DNA of 64,000 bases, from contig OX597817.1 of assembly GCA_951406725.2 (NCBI GenBank), positions 59,644,001 to 59,708,000 on the forward strand. Direction: 5' to 3'. How positions within the stretch are numbered: position 1 is the first letter of the stretch; each line of letters begins with the position of its first letter. A program made the translations under genes and the position numbers. The stretch is from Octopus vulgaris (taxonomy: Eukaryota). Below, piece after piece: positions 36,335 to 49,527 of the stretch. The notes beneath the pieces are model-generated. The model made no database searches. It was not told the DNA's origin and saw only the letters and a list, made by a program, of their open reading frames with translations.

Positions 36335-37776
36335 TAAATTAAGTACCTGGTATGCACTGGGGTCAATGAAATCGACTTGTCCCCTCCCACAAATTTCAGG
36401 CCTTGTGCCTATAGTAGAAAGGATTATTATTGTTATATTTCTGTCCTGAGTTCAAGTTCTGCTGATGTCAACTTTGCTTTTCATTTTTCCACAGTCAATA
36501 CAACAGATCCTAGATGAACGATTCCAAATTTCTATGATTAGAAAGAATTATTCATCTTCTTCATTCAATGTCCATTTGCTCTGCTTGCATGAATTGGAGA
36601 GTTTGACAGGAGCTGGCAAGGCTGGAGAACCACACCAGGCTCCAGTTGTTTCTTTTAGCATGGTTTCTATGGCTGGATGCCATTCCCAACCACTTTACAG
36701 AATGTGGCACTGGCACAGGTGCCTTTTTTTATGTGACACCAGCCCACAAGACAAGGACCTCTTGGCTGAGAGTGAGATGTAGAGCACATGCTTTATCGCT
36801 TCCCCTGAAATTGCTGGTTTTGTGCCCAAATCTGAAACCATTATTATCATTTTTGCTTTTTGGTAGTAATAATGTTGACTTTGTATTTCATCCTTTCGGG
36901 GTTGATTAAAGAAGTATCAATCAAGCACTGGGGTCGATGTAGTCGACTCAATCCCTTCCCGCAACATTTCAGGCCTTGTGCCTATTGTAGAAAGAAAGAA
37001 TTATTATCTTCCTACTCTTCTCAGGTGCTCTGCATTCATGGCCCAAGTTTCACCCCCGTGTGGCAGTGTGGCTGTTCAGGCCCAAACACAGCACAATCTG
37101 CCTTTCACTCTGACACAGAAGACTTTTGTTATCAACAGAAAAAAACAGCTCTCTAAACTTTCTCCATCTTGTTATTTACTTCAGTCATAATGTATCTTGG
37201 ACTACATTGTCTAATGTGTGTGTATTAGAAAAGGCATCCAGCCGTAGAAGCCTTGCCGAAGCAGACACTGGACCCCAATGAAGTCCTTGGACCCATTGGA
37301 TCCTGTGAAGCCATCCAATCCATGGCAGCATGGAACATGGATATTAAATAATGATGATGTTTCTGCTGTTTGGGCAGTAGGGTGGTATGATTTGAGGGAT
37401 ATTTGGCTGCTGTTTGTAGCATCATCATCATTTAACGTCCATCATCCATGCTGGCATGGGTTGGTTTGACCAGACCTAGGAAGCTGGAAAGCTGCACCAA
37501 GTTCCAGTCTGATTTGACATCGTCTCTATGGTTGGATGCCCTTCCTTTTATGCCAACCACTTTACAGAGCGTGCTGGATGTTTTTATGTGGCACCACCAC
37601 GAGTACCTTTATGTGGTGCCACCATGAGTGCTTTACACCACCCGAGGGATCGGTTTTAACACTTCTGCTGCGGGGTCCCCTGCTTAGTTAAGAGGCCATC
37701 AGTCTCATTATCTGATGACATATGTTGGTTGTTGAATGTGTTTTTAGTTGGAATCTGAAATATTTGTATTTTGCAG

Positions 37777-37845
37777 ACAGGCAGAAGATGAGGAAAAAAT
37801 GAGAAACGAACGAATGAAGACAGAGAAATTAATTGGCCAGCTGAA
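37777..37845 (+). CDS. LKAAEAR1: LKAAEAR1 exon (QAEDEEKMRNERMKTEKLIGQLK)
   Basis: TTTTGCAG acceptor, GTAGGT donor, phase 2-2; supplies LIGQLK of the signature motif. Confidence 0.9.
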
Positions 37846-38564
37846 GTAGGTGCTTCTTATTCTTTCATCACCATCTTCGTTATCATCAGTTTCTCTTACG
37901 TATTTGCTTTTTCCATGTTAGCAGGAGTTGCTCGAAGCTTGTTACAATTCATTTTATGGGTGGATGTCCTTGCTGTCACCATACTTTATGTCCAACTAAA
38001 ATACTTAAAATGGCAACTATAAACACTGGCAAAACACAAACAAGAAGGTACAAATGCACACACACAATCACATCATCAGCCAGACTATGAAATGTTATGC
38101 ATCACTGGTCACAATGCACTTTGCATCATTTATTTAGCTCTCGACTAATGCTACCTCCTTGGCTTGGTGAGTAGTCCAAAGTTCCCCCTGATTGAAAGTC
38201 CATTGCCAGGCTATCTGTTTACAACCGAGTGGACTGGAGCAACATGAAATAAAGTATCTTGCTCAAGGACACAACACATTGCTCAGCCTGAGAATCGAAA
38301 CAGTGATCTCATGGCTTAGTGCAACTAACCACTGGGCTACGCACTTTCACCTATTTATAGATATGCCACCACTAAACACAACTTCCTCTCTGTGAATTGC
38401 CCCATAAAACAAGTTTGGAAAATTTATTAGGAGAAGCATTTACGCATAATATGAAAATTTCTTCCAAAAGGTTCATGTCATTCTGTTTTTTTAAGATTTT
38501 CTTTTCCTATAATTCAAATATTGTAATTCAATCAGGGATTTTGAAAAAAATAATCTTTTGCTTA

Positions 38565-38905
38565 TCAACTACATGGTTCCAGGTTCAGTCCCACTGCGTG
38601 GCACCTTCAGCAAGTGTCTTCTACTATATCCTCGGGCCGACCAATGCCTTGTGAATGGATTTGGTTGACAGAAACTGAAAGAAGCCCATTGTCTATATGT
38701 ATATATATATATGTGTTTGTCCCCCCAACATTGCTTGACAACTGATGCTGGTGTGTTTATGTCCCCGAAACTTAGCGGTTCAGCAAAAGAGACCAATAGA
38801 ATAAGTACTAGGCTTACAAAGAATAAATCCTGGGGTCAATTGCTCGACTAAAGGCGGTGCTCCAGCATGGTTGCAGTCAAATGATTGAAACAAGTAAAAA
38901 GAAAA
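38565..38905 (+). mobile_element. SINE family 1 copy
   Basis: Matches 44906-45245. Confidence 0.85.
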
Positions 38906-39858
38906 GGAATATATGGTGGACTTGCCTGACATAAATGAGAGACGAGCTGAGCAATTAGCACAAATGATTTGTTTAGAAGAGTGAATAAATGTTTTACTTG
39001 TACCTTAGCTCACTCCTCCCATCAAATCAATGATTGCCTGTACAGGTGCACAGTGTCCCGTGCATCAGGTATCAAAGTGGTTATAGAACAGTGTGAGATT
39101 GTGTTTTATTCAACGACAATGCACCACCTGCTCTGGGAATTGAAACCATGATCTTGTGACTATGAATGCACCACCCTGACCACTGGGCCATAACTTCTCA
39201 AAATATGTATGTGATGGACTTCCTCCTTATAGTTTCCCTGGCTACCATTTTCACTCGCAAGGTATCAGTCAGCTGGAGGCTTTGGTAGAAGACCCGTGTT
39301 CATAAGGCATAGTGAAAACATAGCTGAAAGTGACTCTATATATAGTATTTATCCATTCTGCCCTTGTTTACAGGATATTGTAGCTGTATTTGGGTATTTA
39401 ACTGACAGACTGAGGGTTTAACTCTGTATATCAACTCAAAACAGACTCTGCTCTGTCCACAACACAAACTGTTTCCCTATCACTGATGCAGTCCTTATTC
39501 TAAGCAGTCGGGCAGCGTTCGACTGCTTTGTTTGTAGTGTTTATGTTGGTGAAGCACACTCTTCTTCTCAGTCTAGACACAAACCCCTCATGGGTTACTT
39601 GCTTATAAGGTCATCATCATCATCGCTTAGCATTTTCCATGCTAGCATGGGTTGGACGGTTCGACTGGGGTCTGGGAAGCCAGGAGGCTGCACTAGGCTC
39701 CAGTCTGATCTGGCAGTGTTTCTACAGCTGGATGCCCTTCCTAACACCAATCACTGCAAGGGTGCGTTTTACATGCCACTGGCACAGAGGCCAGAGGAGG
39801 CTGGCAACGACCATGATCACTTGGTGCTTTTTACATGCCACCAGCACAGAAGCCAGTC

Positions 39859-40473
39859 ACCGAAAATTTTCCCCAAATTTTTTACGAAAATTTTCCCGAA
39901 AAATATTTCAAAAATTTTTAGCGAAAATTTTCTCGAAAATTTTCCCGAAAAATATTTCGCAAATTTTCTCGAAAAACTTTCCCCAAAAATTTTCACCAAA
40001 AATTTTACTCAAAAATTTTTTAAAAAATCATGTCCAAAATTTTCACCAAAAATTTTCCACAAAAATATTTCGAAAATTTTGTCGAAAAATTTTTCCAAAA
40101 TTTTCCCCAAAAATTTTCACAAAAATTTTTCGAAAATTTTACTCAAAAATTTTTTGAATATTTTTGTCGAAAATTTTCCACAAAAATATTTCGAAAATTT
40201 TCTCGAAAAATTTTTCCAAAAATTTTTCACCGAAAATATTTCGAAAATTTTTGTCGAAAATTTTCCCCAAAAATTTGGAAAATTTTCGCCGAAAATTTTC
40301 CCCAAAAACTTTACCCAAAAATATTTCGAAAATTATCACCAAAAAATTTTCACAGAAAATTTTCACCGATTTTGACACCGCTGGCCTTCCATACTTTGTG
40401 ATTTTGGCACGGCTGGCCTTGTGAGTTTTTGCAAAATTTTCACCGAAAGTTTTACCCAAAAATTTTTCGAAAA
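39859..40473. repeat. AAAATTTT-based ~10-12-bp minisatellite inside an RTE-tail copy
   Basis: Dozens of (C/G)AAAATTTT(C/T) variants; RTE 3' UTR sequence on both sides. Confidence 0.9.
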
Positions 40474-41083
40474 TCGGCCATATTCGGATGGTGCCTTCTA
40501 TGTGCCACTGGCATGGGAATCACAACTACAATTTCCATTTGATTTTGATGTGCTTGACTCAACAGGTCTCCTCAAGCACAGCATGTCGCCATACAATATG
40601 GTGTCTATTCCTACAGATGATGAATGTAAAGCTTTGCTCTTATTCAATGAAAAAGTCTATTTAGCTCAGATCATCATCATTTAATGTCTGTTGTCCATGC
40701 TGGCATGGGTTGGACGGTTTGACCAGCACTGGCAAGCTGCACCAGACTCCAGTCTGATTTGGCAGGGTTTCTACAGCTGGATGCTCTTCCTATTGCCAAC
40801 CACTCTGTGAGTGGAATGGGTGCTTTTACATGACACCAGTGTCTGCCACGACTGCTTTTACTTGGTTTCATGGGTCTTCCTCTCAAGCACGACATAATGC
40901 CAGAGGTCTCGGTCAAAAGGGATTTTAATGGATGGTGTCCAACTTTGGTTAACCAGATGAGAGACAAATCTCCATCAGCTTGAGGTTTCATATTTCCACT
41001 TGTTAGCAACCGTTAGATAAACTTAGACCCAATGAAATGCCTGCAGTGGGTTTGAACTCTTAAACCATAACCTGTTAACTCAA

Positions 41084-41307
41084 TTATTTACATTTGATGG
41101 ATATTTCAGGCAGTGACCTGAACAATAATAATAATAATAAACATCAAAAAATACCTTAGGAATGAGAACCCAGGTTCAAAATTTCCCCTAGACACCTGAA
41201 GAAGGCTGGAGGGTATATCAGCCGAAACATTGTGTTAACAGCAAACAAGATATGGACAAATATCCGTCGACTGTACATAATTCCTCATCTCTTAAATATA
41301 GAACTGT
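41084..41307 (+). mobile_element. Family A element, truncated copy with a short inverted 5' segment
   Basis: Same body and terminal ...CTCTTAAATATAGAACTGT; CTGAAGA 41196-41202, GAAA 41224-41227; inverted 23 bp at 41084-41106. Confidence 0.8.
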
Positions 41308-41866
41308 ATTATCTGTTCACTCAATACCCTATCCACTCAGCCATTTTCCATGCTGGTTGTGTTTTTCCAACTCTAAATACGTTCTGCAGGTAAGTAAAAG
41401 ATGGAGGTACACCTGAAACGACTTTTGCATTTACTCTGAGACTCTTGACCTTTCTGTTATTTCTTCACAGTGTAGTGGAGAAGTGTTTGGTCAGTTGTGG
41501 CATTGGCTTTAAATCTTTCTAAGATCATGTTTACTGGTTTCAGTCATTGGACTGCAGCCGTGCTAAAGGACTTCCTCAAAGGGTTTAGTCAAACAAATTG
41601 ATCCCAGTTCTTATGTCTTAAAGTCCAGTACTTATTCTATCAAACCCTTTTGCTGAACTGCTAAGTTACGAGGATGTAAACAAACCATCACCAGCTCTCA
41701 AGTAGCGATGGTGATGTAAACACAAAGACACACACAGATACGCAGTGTCAGAGGCCCTGCAAAGGGCCAAAGGCACAGCCTTTTTACCTGGGCAAAAGAA
41801 AGAAGAAACTATGAAATTTCTTGTTCTGTTTACCTGACGTTGTTCTTTTACCGTTTTCTCTTGTAG

Positions 41867-41924
41867 AGCAGCTGAAGCTAGAGGCCGACTACGTGTCATG
41901 CGGATTAGTTTCCAAACAGCGAAG
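41867..41924 (+). CDS. LKAAEAR1: LKAAEAR1 exon (AAEARGRLRVMRISFQTAK)
   Basis: Long pyrimidine tract + TAG, donor GTAATT; splicing to the previous exon creates LKAAEAR. Confidence 0.93.
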
Positions 41925-44051
41925 GTAATTAAATTAATCATCATTAAATAATCTTCAGTTTGACATGTTTCCCTTGAAGCTATAAAAGCCAGATGAATAA
42001 GATCCCCCCACCCCACCCCATTACAAGCCAGTAGTTATTTCCCGTTGATTTTCTAATGCTGGTTCCCATTTGGCCAAGTTGGTATGGCATCAGACTGGTA
42101 GCTATAGAGTCAGTAGGTCATACCTCATCCTTAGCATTGTTTTGAAGCTGAGACACTCGCTCACATCATCATTGTTAAACATCCATGTTCCATGTTGACA
42201 AGTCTTGGACAGCTTGGTGGGATCTGATGGATTTAAGGACTGCTTTGTGCTCCAGTGTCTGCTTTGGCATGGTTCCATTTTACCTATTTTTGTGGCACCA
42301 ACACCCAGAACCATGTTGGTTGCCTCTTGAGAATTATTTCTATAAATCTATGAATTAATCTTGACTCTCCAGGTCAGCTATTTTGGGATTGTATTACAAA
42401 ACACAGAAAAGCCAAAGAGAGATGTTATTTCAGAATAAAATACCACAAGTCACTTGCTAATCAACAACCTTTGTGTATCGCCATCTACGTGTGATACAGA
42501 GATGGCTACTTTAATCTAACACTGCATCAGTTATGTAAATTGGATTTCTATTGAGTCAGGCAGCTATTTACAACATTAGCAAATGATTTATTCACATGTT
42601 TCTATATCAGAGGAAAGGAATTATCTGTGAGTCTGCATCATTGAAAGGAGCCAAACTGCAACTGGCACTCTTACTGGCTGCTGCAACAAATTTTTGTCTC
42701 CCTCTGATATTTATTGTGTTTTTAACACAGATAAAAAAGATGTTATCTCAGGACAAATAACTCAGTAGCTGGCCTGTCAATGGTGTATATACATTTAGTA
42801 TGAAACATAGATGGCTATTTATAGTCAAAATTGTTTGTAGTTGTTGAAATTTCTGTAACACACAACCTTGAAATGAAATGGTAATATTTTGAACTGAACA
42901 TTATTTCATTTCTATTTTATTATATTTAAAAAAATGCAGAATATCAGAATTACAAATTACACCAACCCAAAAGTACTAACAGGTACATTATAGAATGTAA
43001 TTCAGATAATGTGATAAAAAAATGTAAATATGAAATATAGCCCCACTGCATGTACCTTAACCATTTCATTATTGTATTTATTTTGAGATGCTCTGTGTTT
43101 CTTTCAATTACTTTAAATATAACAGAATTTAGTAAAATAACTCAGTTATCATTCAGCTAGTGTTAGGAACATAAATTTTGACTAAGGTTTGGTGGAAGAT
43201 TTCAATTCAAAACTTATGAAAACAAGACGTTTGTACTACAGAGCCAGAACCGGTTCAGCCAGGTTGGTAATGAAAGGGTTATGTCAACTCTGTAACAAGG
43301 TCTTATTTACAACTTGAGGCAGGTCAACAGAACAGTCGATGGGTCTTGTTTCAAGATTTTCCTGCTATATTTTGAGTATTTTAAGTTCCACTAACTTGTA
43401 AGTTTGCTAGAGACTCCATTAGACATCGTGTACTTGTTTGTTCTGCTTATTCAGCTCTGAATTCCTCTTGGCTTTTTAAGCTCCCAGGCCATATCCTAAT
43501 GTTGAGGGAGGGTGTTTTTTAACCTTTTCCTGTCTGGTAAGTTACCTTCTGACCTCACTGGTGCCGGTGGCATAAGAAAAAGCACCCAGTCCATTGCTGT
43601 AAAGTGGCTGTTGTTGGGAAGAGCATCCAGCCATGGAAACTGTGCCACAGCTTACATAAGAGCTTGATGCAACCCTGAGGATTGCTGGATCCTGTCAAAC
43701 CATTCAACCAAGACAGCATGGATTGGATGGTTTGACATTAAATGATGATGTAAGTGTTGTAAAGAATCTTCAAGTGTCTTTTACCAAATGCAAACATTAT
43801 CTGATATAGAATGTGAGTCGGTTGGAATGGATGGATCCATTTATTACATCAGAAGTTGCCAGTCTACTTTGGACTTTACTTTAGGCTGGGTTGTTTCTGA
43901 CAGTCACAAACAGTCCAGCCAGGGTTAAAAACTCTCAATCTTTGTTACAACAAACAGGTGTGTGTGTCCCCAACAAGTGAGAGAAAAGAGAGGGTAGTCA
44001 TTCAGTGGAAATTCTTTTACTAAGGGAATTCAGTTTTATTTTTCTTTATAG

Positions 44052-44174
44052 ACACAAGAAATTAAACACCTTATTGCCTGTCAAAAAAGTGCCCTGAAAG
44101 CTGTCCGGCTACAGGCCCTTGTCCCTCCAAAGCAAACCAAAGGAAACATGAAAGATCTTCTGAGCAAAGTCGAT
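44052..44174 (+). CDS. LKAAEAR1: LKAAEAR1 exon (TQEIKHLIACQKSALKAVRLQALVPP...SKVD)
   Basis: AG/GTAAGA, phase 0-0; resembles the EI..LI..QKSA..A.RL...PP block of the family. Confidence 0.93.
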
Positions 44175-44905
44175 GTAAGAATTTATTTTTTTTGTTTCGT
44201 TTTCTTTTTTTAATATTTTAACTTTTAGCATTGTCATCGCATGGCATTGCTTGTGACTGAGTGAAACCCTCAGGTATTTGCATTCCTTGTTCACATGGTG
44301 ACCATTTGCTCCATGCCTTGCAAAACAGATAAGGGCTAGCAACAAAATAAGAGTATCCAACTATCAAATATTACCTCCTCAGTCGAGTCCCTCTCTAACC
44401 CATACTAGCATTGGAAAAATGTATGTTAAAAAAAAAAACGAACTAAAGAGGCTTGCACAGGTAGTTATCAGCTGATGTTTGCTTTGTCATATTCCAGTAC
44501 CAAAGTTAAGCAGTGTCTCTCTTTTAATAGCATTTGACCCTCAAATTTTAAACCATTTCAAATCATCACCATCCTTTAACATCTGTCCATGCTGACATGG
44601 GTTGGACGGCTTGACCAGAGCTGGCAAGCTGCACCAAATTCCAGTCTGATTTGGTATGGTTTCTACAGCTGGATGCCCTTCTTAATGCCAACCACTTTAC
44701 AGAGTGTTTGCTGGGTGCTTTTACAATGGCACTGCACGGGCGGCCCAGCATGGTAGTGCCATGACTGCTTTACACCACCAGAAGGATCAATCTTAACACT
44801 TCTGCTACAAGTTTTATTGAGCATGGCCAGGCACCAGGCAAATAATAATCTATAAATTCATTCAAATTCATGTTTGACAACAATGAATTTTAGAATCAAA
44901 ACTTT

Positions 44906-45245
44906 GGCCGGAGTGGCTGTGTGGTAAGTAGCTTGCTAACCAACCACATGGTTCCGGGTTCAGTCCCACTGCGCGGCATCTTGGGCAAGTGTCTTCCGCT
45001 ATAGCCCCGGGCTGACCAATGCCTTTTGAGTGGATTTGGTAGACGGAAACTGAAAGAAGCCTGTCGTATATATGTATATATATATATATATGTGTGTGTG
45101 TCTGTGTTTGTCCCCCTAGCATTGCTTGACAACCGATGCTGGTGTGTTTACGTCCCCGTCACTTAGCGGTTCGGCAAAAGAGACCTGCTCGACTAAAGGC
45201 GGTGCTCCAGCATGGCCACAGTCAAATGACAAACAAGTAAAAAAA
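44906..45245 (+). mobile_element. tRNA-derived SINE family 1 with CORE-like segment and CR1-like tail
   Basis: A-box TGGCTGTGTGG, B-box GGTTCAGTCCC, CTTGGGCAAGT CORE-like motif, internal (TA)n(TG)n. Confidence 0.85.
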
Positions 45246-46144
45246 AAAAAAAAAAAAAATTTTATCCAATCTGTTTGCAATATTTGTTGTGACTCTCTGA
45301 TCTGAGGACCGATTCCACAGAAGTAATCTTTGTCTTTGAGGTTAACAAGAAACAGGTGCTGGTCCAGGGTGATGGATTGGGACAGATATCTTGCAATATC
45401 TGTTCTTAAAATTATTACTGCAATGTCTGTGACGTCACTGGCACCAAAGTGGAATAAATGTCAGTGGACTGGAGGGGGCTGAGAGGAACTTGCATGCAGG
45501 AACAACTGCTATCATCATCGTTTAATGCCCATTTTTCCATGCATGGTATTTGGTGAGGCAAAATCCCAATGACCAGATACCATTCTGGTTGCCAATCATC
45601 ACCTTTTGTTATTCAAGGTAAATATGGCTCCGTCTTGGGACAGGTTTTCTATGGAAGAATACAAACGAACAACATTGCTTGTATGACAGTGATGCTCTTT
45701 CGCAAGACAAGGGTTTGTACGCATGTACACACTACATATGGATAGGTATATACATATGTATGTACATATACACATGCAAGCATGTACATGTATGTATAAG
45801 CATGACAGGCTTCTTTCAGTTTCCATCTACTTTGTAAGATCTATTACACAAGATTTTGCTTTTCTTAAAAAGAAACTTGCTCAAGCCTCTTTCATATACA
45901 AATCCATGGTTAACATTGACTTATTGAAACCTATCACAAATCAATAACTTCTCTCAACTTTTAATTTCCACAAATTGTTTTTCTTCCTATAATCCGTTGA
46001 CATGTTTTCTAAAACTTCTAATTCTTAGAAGTTTTTTCTAGAATTTGTCACAGTTCCTAAGAATCTTTGATAAACCTGTTCCAGCCAGCCGCTCATGTTG
46101 TTGTGGTGTTTATAAACTGACTAAAAATTCTTTTTGTGTTGCAG

Positions 46145-46207
46145 AGAGACAGAGTTGAACTTTTACTAAATGATTATGAAGGTTTGCTAACCAATCGCAC
46201 AATCTAA
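46145..46207 (+). CDS. LKAAEAR1: LKAAEAR1 last coding exon (RDRVELLLNDYEGLLTNRTI*)
   Basis: TTTTTGTGTTGCAG acceptor, phase 0, TAA at 46205-46207. Confidence 0.9.
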   Translation, partial: RDRVELLLNDYEGLLTNRTI

Positions 46208-46391
46208 CGGGGGAAGAACCGAACACAGCTAAGCCGTATTTTACTTGTGAAATTCTTCATAAAAGCTCTTGATGATTAATTGAATGTGTTAGTCTGTAAA
46301 AGTTAAAACTTTAAAACATCCAGTGACAATTAAAAATAACAACAGAAAAATATATATAAATGTGATTTTTTTTTTAGTTAGTTACATATCT

Positions 46392-46690
46392 AATGACCTG
46401 ATCGGAGGTCGTGTGCTGAAACAAAAACAATTGCAGCGTGGAAGGTGTTTATAAGCCATTTAAGAAACACACAAAAAACCGTTCGATTCACTTCAGCATT
46501 TAAATTTAATTTGCCAAAATATTTTCATCGCTTTGAGACCGTGACCTGTTCACTGACAAAATTCTGTGCTGTAGTGAACAGATCGCAGTCTCAAAGTGAC
46601 GAAAATATTTTGGCAAATTAAATTTAAATGCTGAAGTGAATCTAACGGTTTTTTTAAATGGGTTATAAACACCTTCCACACTGCAATTGT
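46392..46690. mobile_element. Fold-back element family B, copy 3 (10-bp TSD)
   Basis: TTACATATCT at 46382-46391 and 46691-46700. Confidence 0.85.
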
Positions 46691-47524
46691 TTACATATCT
46701 GATGTTTTGAAGAATAAATTCACTTTGTTCTACTTCAGCTTAAAAACATAAGTACCTACCACAAATAATGGATATTCTCTAGGTGTGTGGGGGAGGGGAG
46801 GCATTAGCATTGTGAATATTCCACAGACATGTGTCATCATTTAACGTCCATCTTCCATGCTGGCATGGGTTGGACAGTTTGACTGAGGACTGGCAAGGTT
46901 TCTACAACTGGATGCCCTTCCTAATGCCAACCACTCCGAGAGTGTAGTGGGTGCTTTTTATGTGCCAACGGCCAGTCAGGCAGGCACGTTCGAATGGTGC
47001 TTTTTACATGCCACCGGCATGGGTGCCAATCAACCATAATGACGACTTCAACAGGTCTTCGCAAGCACAATTTATTGTCCAATGATTGAAGGGTACTCTT
47101 AAATAGGCCGGTTAAGCTGCACTGGCATAGGCCTCAGTTACGGTCAAGCACAGCATATCTCCAAAGGTCATGTAAGGCCCAACATTGGCTGTAAAATGAT
47201 AAATCCAAGATAATTTAGTTGTGATAGCAACAGGAAAATTGCAGAGGAGATCCCAATTAATTAACAAGCATGTTACTGCCTAATTAGAGTTAAATTAACT
47301 ACCATATTTGATGACATAAAAGATACATGGGTATATTCAATACATTTTGACTTCAGCAGCTCATAAACTAGCATTTATCCAGCCCCAATATTCTGTTTTA
47401 TGTTCAAACTGGCCAGATCCAGCCTCTCACACCGACCCTAGAATAAACAATAACATCATCGAAATCTCAAAGCTGTGGGATAATGCATCATTAATTCAAA
47501 ACAATGTGAATAAATAAGCATTAA

Positions 47525-47744
47525 CCCTTTAGTGTTCAGATTACTCTGTTAAATATAATACTTTTTCACTCAAATTGTTTTGAATTAATCATGCATTATA
47601 TTATAGCTTTGAGGTTTCAATGATGTGATTGTTTATTTTTAGCATGACATTGTAGGTTAGGTGTGAGAGGCTAGATATCGCCAGTTTGAATATAAAACAT
47701 GTGGAATATTTGGGCCGGATATGGCCGGTTTAAACACTAAAGGG
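47525..47744. mobile_element. piggyBac-type MITE nested in an inverted older copy of itself
   Basis: TTAA on both sides; host copy at ~47366-47520 resumes at 47749. Confidence 0.8.
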
Positions 47745-49378
47745 TTAAACGTGACAAGAATCTGAATATTCTTTTCTACTCTAGGGAAAGGCCTGAAATT
47801 TTTGGGGAGGGGGCCAGTCAGTTATATTGACCCCAGTATGCAACTGGTATTTAATTTATCGACCTTGAAAGGATGAAAGGCAAAGTTGACCTCGGCGGAA
47901 TTTGAACTCAGAGCGTAAAGACAGACAAAATACTAAGCATTCTGCCAGCTCACCGCCTTCAGGAATCTAAGTATTGGCCTGACTTTGTATACAGGAGCCA
48001 GGGTGACTTTTTTTTTGGAGACATTTTTTGGATTAAAAAAAGTGTCTTTTATGTCATCAAACATGGTCAGTATCACTGGTCATTTCTAACTTTCTCTCCA
48101 CACGCAAAAACAAAAAAACAACTTAGTTTAATAACAGCAACAAGAACAATAATATTAACAGTTGAGTATTTAAGAACAGTTGAAACAAGAAGACAATTCA
48201 GTGAGTTTGGTTAATATTTCACTTACCTGAGTATGTTGCATGCATGAATGCACATGGCACACACCTGAGTGGGTTGCGTGCATGAATGCACATGGCACAC
48301 ACAAACATACAAAAGAAAGTAAACAAAAAAAAAACAACCAACAACAATGAAATGTAAAAGTTGTCTTAAGAGTGAAATATTTTTAAAAGACACCATAAGT
48401 TTTATTATTGTTTGTTGTTTATGCTTTTGGTATTTTTTGTGGGAATTTGTCTTTTTCTTTTTGTTGTTTTGTTTTTTTTTTAGATGTTTTTCAATCATCT
48501 AAAAGGCAAATTAAAGAAGGTTCTGGAAGGAGCAAAGTTTTTAAACACACACACACACACGCACACAGAGTTTTTATATTTACAAAATCTCTCTTTTTCA
48601 CCCATACATACCCAATTTCCTGCTCTCTCTCTCTCTCTTCCCTATCATCATGTGTGTACACACACACATGTAAATGTGTACTTACATTCTCACAATCACA
48701 CTCAGATTTCTCGTTCTCCTTCGTACATTGTGCTCTGTGTCTGGGTTTTCAGTCTTGCTTATGTACACACTCAGCATGCATATGTGCTCACATGTATATA
48801 TACACACATATACGTAGACAAACATGCGATCACACAAAAGTTGTTGATATGGAAAAGAAGAACAATTATCCTGTTTGAGATCAGCTGCCCAAAAGGGTTT
48901 GGGAGAGAGGAAAAAAAAAAAAAAAAGGAACAGTCTTAAAAACTGAAGGAAGGATTCTTGTGAAACACTGGACTCAAGAGTTCTCTCATGCTGCCAGTCT
49001 TTCACTGGTCAACAGAAAGTTAAAGAATAGATAACACAATGTTGTGCCTTTATCATACAAACACTTCCCCCCACCACACATGAGAGGTTTTCCTCCATCA
49101 CTCTATCTTACCCCCCCCCATTATCTCAACACACATACACACACTCTCTAATGTCTGTGTAAAACGGTGCAAAAATAAACAGACACTTCCAAGTTGTCAT
49201 GACAACCCAAATATTTTTATGGGATTTGTTTTAAAAAAAGCTGATGTTTTTCCCATAATTGCTGTAGTTATTTTTTAAAAAAAAATCTCCTTAGAGTTCT
49301 TTTTACAAAGTCTTATAACTCGTTTACAGCTCTCACAATATCCAGGTGTAAAATACTTAATGTAAATTGTTTTTAATC

Positions 49379-49527
49379 CTAGGTCAACATATTTGGTCTT
49401 ATGTGTTGATTTATTCCATTTTTAGGCCAGATTTGTCCATTGTGGCTTTTGTGATTCACAAATAATGTATCTTCACTTGAAAGATCTGAGTCACTGGCTG
49501 GGGTCCCAGTTTTGGCTTTTAAACGAG
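49379..49527 (-). CDS. KIAA0319L: KIAA0319/KIAA0319L-like protein, last coding exon
   Basis: GTTTGCAG acceptor, phase 1; RLKAKTGTPASDSDLSSEDTLF...NMLT* resembles the family's acidic S-E/D-S-D...F tail. Confidence 0.75.

Noticed and set aside
36255-36335. Functional hammerhead ribozyme as an ncRNA feature
   Set aside because: Core boxes and stem II are present, but I could not identify stems I/III with a valid cleavage triplet, so it is reported only as a hypothesis.
39590-40459. 261-aa and overlapping K/F/I/N-rich ORFs
   Set aside because: By-product of the AAAATTTT minisatellite; open in several frames on both strands.
44906-44980. tRNA gene
   Set aside because: The A/B boxes belong to a SINE head; there is no complete cloverleaf and the sequence continues into the SINE body.
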